Positions 30,786-41,052 of a stretch of 64,000 nucleotides of DNA are shown in pieces. The translations under genes and the position numbers were made by a program. The stretch is taken from positions 17,070 through 81,069 of the forward strand of contig CAZMZJ010000002.1 in the NCBI GenBank assembly GCA_964570825.1. The letters run 5' to 3'. The stretch is from an uncultured Lachnospiraceae bacterium. Lineage in GTDB: Bacteria > Bacillota > Clostridia > Oscillospirales > CAG-272. The number at the start of each line of letters is the position of its first letter. The stretch's first letter is position 1. The notes beneath the pieces were generated by a model. That model was not told the origin of the DNA. It saw nothing but the letters and a program-made list of their open reading frames with translations, and ran no database searches.

Positions 30786-32207
30786 ATGAATGTCAATTTT
30801 TACGATCCGGCGGTCTGGTCGGCAATTCTTCTGACGGCGACGCTGCTTGTTTCAATGATTGTCGCCTATATTCTGAAGAAAACAATCCCCGCCATACGCA
30901 AATCCTTGATACCTCCGTCGGTGCTTGGCGGACTTTTCCTGCTTGCCGCATCTACAATCTGCAAGCTGACGTCCGGCGAATACCTTTTCAATATAAGCCT
31001 TTTCTCATCCGGGTTCAAGATCAGCGGGAACTCAGTGCTTGAGCTGATAACCTACCACTGCCTTGCCATAGGTTTTATCTGCATGTCGCTGCGGACCACT
31101 GAAAAAAAGCTCGGCACAAAGCGCGCGTCAGAGGTTTTCAACACAGGTATAACCACCGTTTCGACATATCTGCTTCAGGCGGTGCTGGGACTGATCATAA
31201 CCATCGCGGCATCTGCCGCAGCTTTCGGCCAGGGCGTAATACCTGCGGCGGGAATTCTGCTCGCCTTCGGGTTCGGGCAGGGCACCGGGCAGGCGCTCAA
31301 CTTTGGAAAGGCATACGAATCCGATTACGGCTTTGAGGGAGGTTCAGCCTTCGGGCTGACTGTCGCCGCCATCGGATTTCTCACGGCAACCGTCGTAGGC
31401 GTCGCCTACCTCAATTATCTAAGACGCCGGAACAAGCTGCCGTCAGCTTCGGATTACGGCGGCGATCATGACGACGCCGGTCAAAGCGTTGTGATAGACG
31501 ACGCCATGACCAGCGAGTCTATGGATTCATTTACAATCCAGATCGGACTTATAACACTAATATATACAGTCACCTACGGCCTGATGAGCGCTCTTTCTCT
31601 TGCCGGTATGAAATCCACATTCTTCGGCTTCAATTTTCTTATTGCCGTGCTCGTGACTATTCCCGTGAAGGCAATCATAATGAAGATACAGCGGCGGACT
31701 GAGAAAGCCGGGAAAAAGAAAAAAATAATAAGCAACTACCTGATGAACCGTATAGGCGGCTTTGCATTCGATCTTATGATAGTCGCCGGCATCGCGGCTA
31801 TCCGCATCGACCTTATCGCCGATTACTGGCTCATTCTGCTGATCATGTTCATAGCCGGTGCGTCCTCGACATTCATTTATGTGTATTTCGTCTGCAAAAA
31901 GCTGTTTCCCGCTTATTTATACGAACAGTTTCTGGCGATGTTCGGAATGCTGACCGGCACAGCGTCTACAGGCATAATACTTTTACGTGAAATTGATCGA
32001 AACCTTGACACGCCTGCGTCTGAAAATCTGGTTTACCAGAATATCCCGGCGATAGCCTTCGGTTTTCCTCTCATGCTTTTTGCGGGTTTCGCTCCGAAAG
32101 GCATGACCGAAAGTATAATCACGCTTGGCGCATGCGTTTTGTTTTTCATAGCGATGAACCTAATTCTGTTCAGAAAATCGATATTCGGCAGAAAGAGCAG
32201 TAAATAA
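30786..32207 (+). CDS. Sodium/glutamate symporter (GltS/ESS family)-like transporter
   Basis: N-terminal IPPSVLGGLF (compare GltS IPEPVAGGLL), FGFGQGTGQA and MLTGTASTGI re-entrant-loop-like motifs, about 10-12 TM. Confidence 0.6.
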   Translation: MNVNFYDPAVWSAILLTATLLVSMIVAYILKKTIPAIRKSLIPPSVLGGLFLLAASTICKLTSGEYLFNISLFSSGFKISGNSVLELITYHCLAIGFICMSLRTTEKKLGTKRASEVFNTGITTVSTYLLQAVLGLIITIAASAAAFGQGVIPAAGILLAFGFGQGTGQALNFGKAYESDYGFEGGSAFGLTVAAIGFLTATVVGVAYLNYLRRRNKLPSASDYGGDHDDAGQSVVIDDAMTSESMDSFTIQIGLITLIYTVTYGLMSALSLAGMKSTFFGFNFLIAVLVTIPVKAIIMKIQRRTEKAGKKKKIISNYLMNRIGGFAFDLMIVAGIAAIRIDLIADYWLILLIMFIAGASSTFIYVYFVCKKLFPAYLYEQFLAMFGMLTGTASTGIILLREIDRNLDTPASENLVYQNIPAIAFGFPLMLFAGFAPKGMTESIITLGACVLFFIAMNLILFRKSIFGRKSSK

Positions 32208-32248
32208 AATTACAAAAGCCTGCGCCAAAAATGAAGCGCAGGCTTTAA

Positions 32249-33019
32249 TCAAAATTTAACTCTCCTGACCTCTCTCACCCGTCCCGTGTCAGTATCAAGA
32301 TCGAAAAGAGCTCCGTTAATTGAGATATCACCGCCGGCGAGAGTAAATTTCTGCGGCATTTTAGTCATGAACCGGGCGATTACCGGCTCGGAGGCTGTGC
32401 CGAGAATACCGCCGGCGGGGCCCGACATACCTATATCGGTAATATATCCGGTGCCGCCGGGCAGGATCTGCTCGTCCGCGGTCTGAACGTGCGTATGGGT
32501 GCCGAAAATGATATTTATGCGTCCGTCGAAATAACGCGCGATTGCCAGCTTTTCCGAGGTAGCCTCGGCGTGAATGTCAAGGAGCGAAAAATCATAGTTC
32601 CCCTTTTCGCGCTCAAGTATTCTGTCGATTGTCTCAAACGGCGGAGCGAGCGGATCGAGGAAAACAACGCCCATGATGTTCATGCAGAGCAGCCGCCAGC
32701 CTCCGATCTGTTTAATTACGCTGCCGTATCCGGGGCAGACTGAGGGATAGTTTGCCGGCCGTATTATGCTTTTTGAGTTGTCGAGCAGCTCGCAGATGCT
32801 TTTCCGGCTGAAAACGTGATTGCCGGTGGTGATAAGGTCAATCCCGCAGTCGAGCAAGGCTTCCGCATCTTCGGCGGAAATGCCGTGGATATCGCTCACA
32901 TTTTCACCGTTTGCGACTACAAAATCAGCCGAAAGAGAGCTTCTCTCCTTCCAGAGTGTTTTTTGCAGATATAAAATCGTGACAGCTCCGGTTATATCGC
33001 CGATTGTTAATATTTTCAT
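32249..33019 (-). CDS. ymdB: YmdB-family metallophosphoesterase (2',3'-cyclic-nucleotide phosphodiesterase)
   Basis: MKILTIGDITG...ANGEN...GNHVF...GTHTHVQTAD motif series. 256 aa. Confidence 0.85.
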   Translation of the reverse strand: MKILTIGDITGAVTILYLQKTLWKERSSLSADFVVANGENVSDIHGISAEDAEALLDCGIDLITTGNHVFSRKSICELLDNSKSIIRPANYPSVCPGYGSVIKQIGGWRLLCMNIMGVVFLDPLAPPFETIDRILEREKGNYDFSLLDIHAEATSEKLAIARYFDGRINIIFGTHTHVQTADEQILPGGTGYITDIGMSGPAGGILGTASEPVIARFMTKMPQKFTLAGGDISINGALFDLDTDTGRVREVRRVKF

Positions 33020-33047
33020 CTTTTTTCCGATCTATATATTTTTTATT

Positions 33048-33076
33048 ATTATATCCCATAAACGGCTGCGTGTCAA
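33048..33076 (-). promoter_or_regulatory. Promoter for ymdB
   Basis: TTGACA - 17 nt - TATAAT on the minus strand. Confidence 0.5.
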
Positions 33077-33093
33077 TGAATTGCCCCCATTCA

Positions 33094-33119
33094 GCAAAAA
33101 GCTCCCCGCGACGGGGAGA
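33094..33119 (-). terminator. holA terminator
   Basis: CTCCCCG - loop - CGGGGAG, followed by CTTTTTG on the minus strand. Confidence 0.55.
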
Positions 33120-33122
33120 GCC

Positions 33123-34154
33123 TTAAAGTGAGCAGATTAAAAATTCGATGGCGCCGTACCCGGTCGGAGATAGTTTCAGCGCCGCATCAGCCTCTGCGCA
33201 CAGACCGAGTATGCGGGACAGGGCGGACGTTGTTGCGTTCGAAACCGCGGAAAGATATAATTTCGCGCGGTAATCGTTCATTTTTAGTTTTGCGCTGATG
33301 CCACTTACGTCAAATCCCTCGTCTTTCAGCATGCGCACCGACAGAAGGTCGCCGAAAACCCAGGAAACCTCGCCCATAATGATAACCGGTTCTATGCGCC
33401 TCTGCTTCATGATATCAAGTATTGCCAACGCGCGCGGACGGTTGCAGGACATTAACGCGTTTGCAAATGCGAACGTGTCATAATCGCTTTCCGGAGCTGC
33501 CGCTGTAAGTATGTCTTCTTCTGTTATCTCGCGCCTTCCGTGCGAAAGCGCGTAATAGCTGACCTTGTCTACTTCCCCGGCAAGAATAAACATGCTTCCT
33601 CCGCAGCACTCGATAAGCTTCGAGCATATTTGCGGAGCAGCCTTTACGCCGTTGTGCTCGAAATGCTTGCCAACCCAGTCGCACAAGCGCGCAGTGGCGC
33701 ATTTTTCAAAGCGGACCGGAACAAGATATTCGCAAAGTCTTGTAAAAATCGCAGACGGCTTTGCCGGAAGCTTTCCTTCGTCTATGAGCCCGTGGGCGAC
33801 TGAAACAAGCACTGTGCTGTAATCAAATTTTTCAAGCATGGCAAGAGAATCGCAGAAGGCGTTCAGCTCTTCCGCACGCATGGAACTGAAATCGAATCCC
33901 GTAAGTTCAATAAGCTTTTTTTCTCCGAACATCGGAAGCGATGCGATTGTCTCGGTCAGCTTCTCGGGCGTATAGTCCATGACGCCGAGCTTTATATAAT
34001 TGAAGTCCGAATTTCCTTCCCCGCCGCATACGGCATCGCGCAAAAGCGTTGCGGCATAAGACTTGAGGTAATCCTCCTCGCCGAAAAAAAGATATCCTGA
34101 TGAAACAGATTTCTTTATACGCCTTCGGAACTCGGCATCATTCAGAATCTCCAT
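33123..34154 (-). CDS. holA: DNA polymerase III delta subunit
   Basis: N-terminal YLFFGEEDYL signature. About 340 aa. Confidence 0.8.
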   Translation of the reverse strand: MEILNDAEFRRRIKKSVSSGYLFFGEEDYLKSYAATLLRDAVCGGEGNSDFNYIKLGVMDYTPEKLTETIASLPMFGEKKLIELTGFDFSSMRAEELNAFCDSLAMLEKFDYSTVLVSVAHGLIDEGKLPAKPSAIFTRLCEYLVPVRFEKCATARLCDWVGKHFEHNGVKAAPQICSKLIECCGGSMFILAGEVDKVSYYALSHGRREITEEDILTAAAPESDYDTFAFANALMSCNRPRALAILDIMKQRRIEPVIIMGEVSWVFGDLLSVRMLKDEGFDVSGISAKLKMNDYRAKLYLSAVSNATTSALSRILGLCAEADAALKLSPTGYGAIEFLICSL

Positions 34155-34297
34155 TTATCAGGCTCCTTTCAATCGTATTTTATTTTCAGCGAAAATTTCT
34201 TCCGGCGTAAGAGCACATATACATATAATAGTTTCCGAAAACGGCTTGAGGGAACTCCCGGTCAGGGAGTTCCCCTCGGATTACGGCGCCGCCTGCT

Positions 34298-35026
34298 TTA
34301 GACCTGATCTTCTTCGTCCTCGGCCGGTGTTTCATTTTTCTTTGCCGCAGCCTTTTTGCCGGCTGAAATTCCCTTATCGTCAAGATATAAAACGACCTTG
34401 CGGTTGTTTTCAGACCCTATCGAATTTGTGGAAACGCCCTCGATAAGCTGGACTTCAGAATGGATTATTCTTCTTTCGTAGGGATTCATCGGCTCGAGCA
34501 TGACGCTCTTCTTGTATTTGAGCACTTTTTCAGCCATCCGGCGCGCAAGCGCGCGGAGAGCCTCCTCGCGTTTTGAGCGGTAGCCCTCGGCGTCAAGAGT
34601 AATTTTGACATACTCGCGTTTTTCCCCGTCGACCTTCTTGTTTGCCGCCAGATTTGCAAGATACTGTAGAGAGTCCAGGGTTTCGCCGTGATGCCCGATG
34701 AGAATTCCCGAGCCGTCGCCGTCGATATTGATGAGTTTGTCGTCGTTGCTTCCATCAGTCATTGTGACTCTGGCGTCTATTCCCATATCGGAAATCACTT
34801 TTTTAATGAACTCAAGCGCTGTTTCGGCGCCGCCGGGCTGATATGAAGCGCTGATTTTTGCCGGAACTGCGCCGATGCCGAACAGACCTTTTCTGGGTTC
34901 GTCGATTACAGTGTAACTGATTTTGTCGGCAGCGGGCGCGCCAAGCGCACGTACCGCGGCCTCAACCGCCTCGTCAATGGTTTTTCCGGTTGTGATTACT
35001 TCCTTTTTCACAGAAATATCCTCCAC
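34298..35026 (-). CDS. khpB: Jag/KhpB RNA-binding protein (Jag_N, KH, R3H)
   Basis: R3H region MEPMNPYERRIIH. Position downstream of yidC. Confidence 0.85.
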   Translation of the reverse strand: MEDISVKKEVITTGKTIDEAVEAAVRALGAPAADKISYTVIDEPRKGLFGIGAVPAKISASYQPGGAETALEFIKKVISDMGIDARVTMTDGSNDDKLINIDGDGSGILIGHHGETLDSLQYLANLAANKKVDGEKREYVKITLDAEGYRSKREEALRALARRMAEKVLKYKKSVMLEPMNPYERRIIHSEVQLIEGVSTNSIGSENNRKVVLYLDDKGISAGKKAAAKKNETPAEDEEDQV

Positions 35027-35074
35027 GCCGCGTTTCTGCGGCTTAATCGAATTTATTAAATGTCTGAACCGGTC

Positions 35075-36823
35075 TTACTTTTTTTCATTTTCCTTCTTGT
35101 CGCTATTTGATTTTTTATCTGCGTTCGCGTTTTCGACTGTCTTGCCGCCGCTTTCAACAGAAGCATTCTTCTTTTTGAGCTTTCCGAACATTTCCTTCAG
35201 AGTGAGCATCGGACGGTCTTCTTCGTTTTTAACGCCGCTTGTAGCTTTCTTTTTTTCGGCTTCCTCATCTATTTTGCGCTGCTCTTCCTCAAGCTTTTGC
35301 TTGCGTAAAAGCGCCTTCTCGCGGGTATCTTCGAAATCCTCGTCGTCGATATGGTGTAGCGAGCGCACCGGTTTGCCGGTGACACCCGGTCTTGGCTCTG
35401 CCGAGGCGCTCTTTGAGCTGCCGCTTCTGCCCTTTCTGTACTCTTTTTCAGCCGCTTTATAATCTTCCTCGGTAAAGACCGGAAGAGGCATCAGCTTTGA
35501 AACAATGAAGCGGGACAGCGTGCCGAAAATGCTCTTGACCATCCAGTAAAAGCCGAGAGCCGCCGGCACTAAGAAGCAGAAATATGCGCTCATGACAGGC
35601 ATACCGATATCCATTATATTGTTGGAGCATCCGGCGGCCTGGTCGGTCACAACGGGCTGGTATGTCATTTTTCTCGTCAGCTTCATGCTCGCGAAATATA
35701 CGGCGAAAGTGAGCAGCGGTATGAAGATAAGCCAGTCGAAGGGCTTGAAGCTCAGCGTAGGCACAAGACCAAAATTGAGCCCGAAAAAGCTGAAGTTCGG
35801 AAGAGTTGCCCCCTGAACGGCCGCGGCGACATCGCCGCTGTTTTTAAAATACTGAAAATCCTTCAGTTTTTCAAAAAAATCGGGGTGTTCGCTTATAAGC
35901 GACGCGATTCTTATTGTTCCGCGCATGGTGCCGGCGGCTGTTTCTCCGAGTCCTCCGGCCGCGGCAGACGTGTTGGCAAATGTGATAAGGGCATCCGAAA
36001 TTCCGCTTGAAAGCTTCATAACATAAATTATCGGGTTCACAACCACATTATATAGTATCCATATGACAGGAATCTGTATTAGAAGCGGGAGACAGCCCGA
36101 GAAGGGGCTAAAATTTTCCTTCTGATACATTTCCTGAATTTCGGTAACTATCTTGTTCTTTGTCGCCTGGTCCTCTCGTCCGGCATACTTCTTGCGTATA
36201 GCCATCTCCTTGGGCTTGAGCGAAGCCTGTTTTATTGTATTCTTCTGCTGTTTAATAGTCAGCGGAAGCATGACAATCTCAAGGATAAATCCGAAGATAA
36301 CGATGCCTGCAATATAGTTTCCGCCTCCGAGCGTGTAGGTGAGCCAGCTTAACATGGTTCCGGCGGCAAGCTGAATTGCCGTAAAAAATCCTGTGGGCTT
36401 ATCGAGACTGACCTCTGTCTTCATAGCCTCGATGAGAGCGGCAACATCATCAAGCGTAATACTGTCGTAATCTATTGCCAGGGGTGTTTTCTGAGCATCG
36501 TTAACCCCTTTAATTGCAGCCTTTGCCCCTTCAAGGTCGGATGCAAGGTAAGCGGCGGTAAGCTTATCGCGGGGGGTTCGTTTATCCTCGGCTTTGCTGT
36601 CGCCTTTGGCCTCTGTTATAAGCTTTGAGAGGCTCGCGACTGTTGCGCCGCTTAAAGTGGTGCTTCCGCCCTGTGAAGCATCCGCGGCGGCTGTTGTTGT
36701 TTCAGCAGCGGCGTCTGACGCTGCCGCGGCGGCAGTGCAGAAGGCTCCGCAAAGCAGCACACAGGCTGTCAACACGCATATTAACATATTAATATTGCGT
36801 TTTGATATAATTGTTTTTGGCAT
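35075..36823 (-). CDS. yidC: YidC/Oxa1-family membrane insertase, unusually long (582 aa)
   Basis: Core motif FSGCLPLLIQIPVIWILY and 5-TM core. Roughly 190-aa N-terminal extension and roughly 130-aa Lys/Glu-rich C-terminal tail. Confidence 0.85.
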   Translation of the reverse strand: MPKTIISKRNINMLICVLTACVLLCGAFCTAAAAASDAAAETTTAAADASQGGSTTLSGATVASLSKLITEAKGDSKAEDKRTPRDKLTAAYLASDLEGAKAAIKGVNDAQKTPLAIDYDSITLDDVAALIEAMKTEVSLDKPTGFFTAIQLAAGTMLSWLTYTLGGGNYIAGIVIFGFILEIVMLPLTIKQQKNTIKQASLKPKEMAIRKKYAGREDQATKNKIVTEIQEMYQKENFSPFSGCLPLLIQIPVIWILYNVVVNPIIYVMKLSSGISDALITFANTSAAAGGLGETAAGTMRGTIRIASLISEHPDFFEKLKDFQYFKNSGDVAAAVQGATLPNFSFFGLNFGLVPTLSFKPFDWLIFIPLLTFAVYFASMKLTRKMTYQPVVTDQAAGCSNNIMDIGMPVMSAYFCFLVPAALGFYWMVKSIFGTLSRFIVSKLMPLPVFTEEDYKAAEKEYRKGRSGSSKSASAEPRPGVTGKPVRSLHHIDDEDFEDTREKALLRKQKLEEEQRKIDEEAEKKKATSGVKNEEDRPMLTLKEMFGKLKKKNASVESGGKTVENANADKKSNSDKKENEKK

Positions 36824-36828
36824 TGGTT

Positions 36829-37173
36829 TTACTCCCGTCGGTTGTTTTCTTTTCGGTTAGAGTCTTTAATGCAGTTTTCAGAATTATCTTTTGATATATC
36901 AGGAGCGCTGCCATTGCAAATATCCGTATCCTCAGTTTTCTTATTCCGTTTTCTACGGCGCTTCGGCACCGGATCATATCCGCCGGCGCAAAACGGGTTG
37001 CACCGTAATATTCTCCAGACCGTGAGCCCAAAGCCCGCAAATATGCCCCATTCTGAAAACGCCTCTATGGCGTAGCTTGAACATGTCGGCGTAAACCGGC
37101 ATGTCGGATACCGTTTGAGGGGTGACAGATATTTTTGGTACAGACGTATCAACCATATAAAAAAGTATTTCAT
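36829..37173 (-). CDS. yidD: Membrane protein insertion efficiency factor YidD with basic C-terminal extension
   Basis: [27 protein letters not shown] signature. Confidence 0.85.
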   Translation of the reverse strand: MKYFFIWLIRLYQKYLSPLKRYPTCRFTPTCSSYAIEAFSEWGIFAGFGLTVWRILRCNPFCAGGYDPVPKRRRKRNKKTEDTDICNGSAPDISKDNSENCIKDSNRKENNRRE

Positions 37174-37182
37174 GGCGTGTTG

Positions 37183-37572
37183 CTATTCTTGATTTTCGCC
37201 GGCATACATACCGAGCCTTCCGAAGGCAACCTTCAGCTCGCGGTATATATCTGTGCTTTTCATTCCGACAGCGGCGGCTCTTGCGCTAATAATTATAATG
37301 TAGCCTGTTTTAAGAGCGCATTCTCTCTCGAGCGCGCGAAATCCCTCGCGAATTATCCTGCGGACGCGGCTGCGCACCACGGCGCCGCCCAGTTTTTTTG
37401 TAACCGAGATGCCGAGGCGGTTTAGGTATTTTTTTTCCGGATTTGCATTCATAAGGCGTTTTGCCGCCTTGTCGCGCAGGACATAAACCGCGGTGTATCT
37501 GCCTGAAAATTTAAGGCCGCCGGCATAAGCTTTGCTGAAAAGATGGTTTTCTTTGACTGACAAATGTTTCAT
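37183..37572 (-). CDS. rnpA: Ribonuclease P protein component
   Basis: RNR-like motif VTKKLGGAVVRSRVRRIIRE. Position between rpmH and yidD. Confidence 0.85.
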   Translation of the reverse strand: MKHLSVKENHLFSKAYAGGLKFSGRYTAVYVLRDKAAKRLMNANPEKKYLNRLGISVTKKLGGAVVRSRVRRIIREGFRALERECALKTGYIIIISARAAAVGMKSTDIYRELKVAFGRLGMYAGENQE

Positions 37573-37792
37573 TAAAACATCCTTTCATGCATGGAGCAAA
37601 TTTAACAATAATTCCCTGCCTGCTTCCGAATCACGGCAGGAATTTGAAATAAAGCTGCGCGGGAGCGTTTAATCGTACAAGCGTTAAATCCAATACATAT
37701 CAAAAACCCCGATGCCTGATTAAACACAGAAGCGTTTCTCGGCAATCGGTGGTTTTATCTCGATATAATTCATATCGTTTCTGGACGAATTA

Positions 37793-37927
37793 TCAGTAAG
37801 ACAGTCTTTCTCTGCCTTTTGCACGTCTTCTCTTCAGGACTTTTCTGCCGTCAGCCGTCTTCATTCTCTTTCTGAAGCCGTGCTCCTTCTGTCTCTGGCG
37901 CTTTTTAGGCTGGTATGTTCTAAGCAT
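37793..37927 (-). CDS. rpmH: 50S ribosomal protein L34 (not in the ORF track, 44 aa)
   Basis: Hand translation gives [55 protein letters not shown]. Confidence 0.95.
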   Translation of the reverse strand: MLRTYQPKKRQRQKEHGFRKRMKTADGRKVLKRRRAKGRERLSY

Positions 37928-38005
37928 TTGTATGCACCTCCTTCAATTTGGTATCGGAAGCGTAAAATCGGTTGATTTTCACGTCTGGACACAATGACAG
38001 CATAC

Positions 38006-38034
38006 ATTATCTCACAATTAGCACCATTTGTCAA
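38006..38034 (-). promoter_or_regulatory. Promoter for rpmH
   Basis: TTGACA - 17 nt - GATAAT on the minus strand. Confidence 0.5.
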
Positions 38035-38191
38035 GTGATTTAAGAAAATTTCATGCTCCGAGGCCCCGGCGCGGAATGCGTTTAATCCGCATCCCCAATA
38101 AGCATTGAAGATTGTCTGGCCTGTAATCAACTTTTTCCCCAAAATCCCCATTTCTCCTTTACTTCTCCGTCACAAATCCTTCAATAATTGT

Positions 38192-38220
38192 GTTTACAAG
38201 CTCACAAATCTATGGTATAA
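38192..38220 (+). promoter_or_regulatory. Promoter for gdpP
   Basis: TTTACA - 17 nt - TATAAT. Confidence 0.5.
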
Positions 38221-38299
38221 TATTAAAATAGGATATTATTATAGTTATGCTCTCCCTCAAAAATCCGACAACGCCGAATGCCGAATAAGGAGGTCCGCC

Positions 38300-40369
38300 T
38301 TGAAAAAGCTAAAAACAACGCCCGCTTCTGCCGCGGACGTAAGAATTCCGCTTATGATCTGTGTGCTGATCGGGGTATTCTTGCTTGCGGCGTACACAAT
38401 CGCTGTCTCCTTTACAGAGCTACCGCCTGTTATTGTCGGAATTATCCTGACTGTATTGTATGTATATACCGCCATTTTCTTCTTTATAGGCGTGCGCAAC
38501 AAGCTAAAAAAGCTTGCGCTTGAAAAAGCGGAAGCCGACGCGCTCAACACCGAGATATACCAGATGTTCCGCGAAAACATAGACCTCCCGTACGCCATAA
38601 TCTCATCCGACGGAAAAGTAACGATAATAAACCGCTGCCTTCAGGACATCCTCGGCCAGACGATTCCGTTCGGAGGCTTAATAGAGGAATTCTGCTCCGC
38701 GACAGCCGACGAAATCATTAAGGCGAGCGAGCCGGGCGGTCAGATTTCGTTAAACATTCAAAACGGAAAGAGCGAATATTCCAACCCGGGCGACGGGCTT
38801 ACCGTCAGCATACGCCGCCGCCGCTTCAATGCACGCAGCTATCCCATGGCCGTCAACGGCACAAAGTGCTACATGATTATTTTCACCGAAATCACAGCCC
38901 TTGTCGAGCTGCGCGAAAAGATGAAGCGCGAGAACACCGTTATTGCGTTTATTGTGCTCGACAACCTCGAGGAACTGGCGCAGTATGTGCGCGTCAGCTA
39001 CCGTTCGGCCGCAAACGAAATCGAGGCGATACTGAAGAACTGGGCGGCCTCGATGGACGGAATGCTTCGGGAGTACGACCGCGACAGATATCTTCTGATT
39101 ATTTCCCAGGAAAAGCTTGACGAGTGTATCAAAAATAAATTCGATATTCTTGATTCTGTGCGAGATGTGAGGCTCGGCGACGACAGCATGTCGGTAACGG
39201 TTTCGATGGGCATATCGGCAGGCACCGGAACCATGGCGGAACGTGAGAACGAAGCCTCCCTCGCCCTTGATCTTGCGCTTCAGCGCGGCGGCGACCAGGT
39301 CGCTATCCGGCGCGGAAACGAAACGGAATACTACGGCGGTCGTTCGAAGGGAATGCAGAAGCGCACCCGCGTACGTTCGCGCGTCAACGCAACGATGCTT
39401 TGCACAAAAATATCTGAATCCTCGAACGTGCTGGTCATGGGGCATAAAAATCCCGACTTTGACTGCATAGGCGCCTGCATAGGCATCGCCCGTCTTGCAA
39501 TTTTCTGCGGCGTTCCGGTACGCATCATAGCCGACCAGAACAGCGAAAACTTCCGCGTTGTCTGGCAGAAGCTCCAGCGCAACAGCGAGTACTCCGATAT
39601 GTTCACCGACTCCCTCTCGGGACTTGACCTTGTGCGTCCCGACACGCTTCTTGTCATCTGCGACGCAAACAACCTCAATATCATTGAGGCTCCCGACATT
39701 GCCGACAGCGTCGACCGCATTGCCATAATCGACCACCACCGCCAGACTGCGAAGTTTGACTTTGAACCGCTCGTCAGCTATATTGACCCCGCGGCATCCT
39801 CCACCTGCGAGCTGGTTGCCGAAATACTTGAGCAGTCGCTGCCCGCCGGCACCCTATTAAAGGACGAAGCAAACGCCATGCTTGCCGGCATCATGCTTGA
39901 CACAAAGAATTTTGCGAAGGACACAAGCACCCGCACCTTTTCGGCCGCTCTTTATCTGCAGAACGAAGGGGCAAAATCCGAGATTGCGCGTCAGTTTTTC
40001 TCGGAAGATATCGCCGAATATCTTGCGGAAGCCAAGTTCAGCGCCGATGTCGAGCTTTACCGCGGAAATATTGCAATAACCCGCAGCGAAGGCACCGGAA
40101 ATCCCGAATACGACCGCACCGCCGCTTCCAAGGCGGCAGACAAGCTGCTCTCCATCCGCCAGGTGGAGGCCGCGTTTGCACTTGTGAGAGTCAACGATAA
40201 AATACGCATTTCTGCCCGTTCGTCGGGCAAAATCAACGTCCAGCTTATTCTTGAGAAGCTCAAGGGCGGCGGACATTTTGACGCGGCAGCCGCGCAGGTC
40301 GAGGGAACCATGGATTATACCTACAAGCAGCTTACCGCAGCCATAGACGATTATCTTGACAACTTATAA
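38300..40369 (+). CDS. gdpP: Cyclic-di-AMP phosphodiesterase GdpP (2 TM, PAS-like, degenerate GGDEF, DHH/DHHA1)
   Basis: DHH motif IDHH and DHHA1 GGGH. Synteny gdpP-rplI-dnaB. Start set at TTG 38300 (AAGGAGG 6 nt upstream); the track ORF start at 38105 crosses the promoter. Confidence 0.85.
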   Translation: MKKLKTTPASAADVRIPLMICVLIGVFLLAAYTIAVSFTELPPVIVGIILTVLYVYTAIFFFIGVRNKLKKLALEKAEADALNTEIYQMFRENIDLPYAIISSDGKVTIINRCLQDILGQTIPFGGLIEEFCSATADEIIKASEPGGQISLNIQNGKSEYSNPGDGLTVSIRRRRFNARSYPMAVNGTKCYMIIFTEITALVELREKMKRENTVIAFIVLDNLEELAQYVRVSYRSAANEIEAILKNWAASMDGMLREYDRDRYLLIISQEKLDECIKNKFDILDSVRDVRLGDDSMSVTVSMGISAGTGTMAERENEASLALDLALQRGGDQVAIRRGNETEYYGGRSKGMQKRTRVRSRVNATMLCTKISESSNVLVMGHKNPDFDCIGACIGIARLAIFCGVPVRIIADQNSENFRVVWQKLQRNSEYSDMFTDSLSGLDLVRPDTLLVICDANNLNIIEAPDIADSVDRIAIIDHHRQTAKFDFEPLVSYIDPAASSTCELVAEILEQSLPAGTLLKDEANAMLAGIMLDTKNFAKDTSTRTFSAALYLQNEGAKSEIARQFFSEDIAEYLAEAKFSADVELYRGNIAITRSEGTGNPEYDRTAASKAADKLLSIRQVEAAFALVRVNDKIRISARSSGKINVQLILEKLKGGGHFDAAAAQVEGTMDYTYKQLTAAIDDYLDNL

Positions 40370-40455
40370 TAAAGCTCACTACATTCACGATATTTATAAC
40401 GCCAATGACATCCGACAGATAAACAGATGAACAGATAGATGAAAGGAAATCACAT

Positions 40456-40902
40456 ATGCAGGTAATTCTCAAGGCCGACGTCAAGGGACAGGGCAAAAAA
40501 GATCAGGTTATAGAGGTATCTGACGGCTACGCCCGCAACTTTCTCTTCCCGCGCGGGCTGGCGGTTGAAGCCGACAAAAAAGCTCTCAACGATATAAAGA
40601 ACCGCGAGGCGTCTCGTCTGCACAAGATAGAAATCGAGCGTGCGGAAGCTGTGGCGGCGGCTGAAAAAATCTCAAGCGTTCTGGTCAAAATCAGGATGGG
40701 CGCGGGAGCCGACGGCAGGCTTTACGGCTCGGTCACGGCAAAGGACATATCCGAGGCTCTTGAGCGGGACTTCAAAATAATCGTTGACCGCAGGAAAATA
40801 GTCATAAACGAACCTATAAAAGCATACGGCAACTATTCGCTTGAAGTAAAGCTCTATCCTGAGATTTCGGCGAAGGTCAATCTGCTGGTCTGCGAAAAAT
40901 AA
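40456..40902 (+). CDS. rplI: 50S ribosomal protein L9
   Basis: [36 protein letters not shown] signature. Confidence 0.95.
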   Translation: MQVILKADVKGQGKKDQVIEVSDGYARNFLFPRGLAVEADKKALNDIKNREASRLHKIEIERAEAVAAAEKISSVLVKIRMGAGADGRLYGSVTAKDISEALERDFKIIVDRRKIVINEPIKAYGNYSLEVKLYPEISAKVNLLVCEK

Positions 40903-41052
40903 CATTAAAAACACTGATTTTTAAGATTTTAAGGGAGCCGGGCCCGCGGCATTTCAGTCGCGGCGCACTGGAACGCCGAAGCTTAAAACCCGTTTTGAAG
41001 GTTACTTATTGAAGGAGTTCTCACCCTGCCTCAGAAAGGGAAAGCAAAAGCC

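Noticed and set aside
37928-38299. Possible oriC / DnaA-box cluster between rpmH and the divergent gene.
   Set aside because: The best ungapped match to TTATCCACA/TGTGGATAA found by eye is 6 of 9 (TCTGGACAC); TTAATCCGCA would need a 1-nt deletion. There is no cluster and no adjacent dnaA. The region is adequately explained by two divergent promoters.
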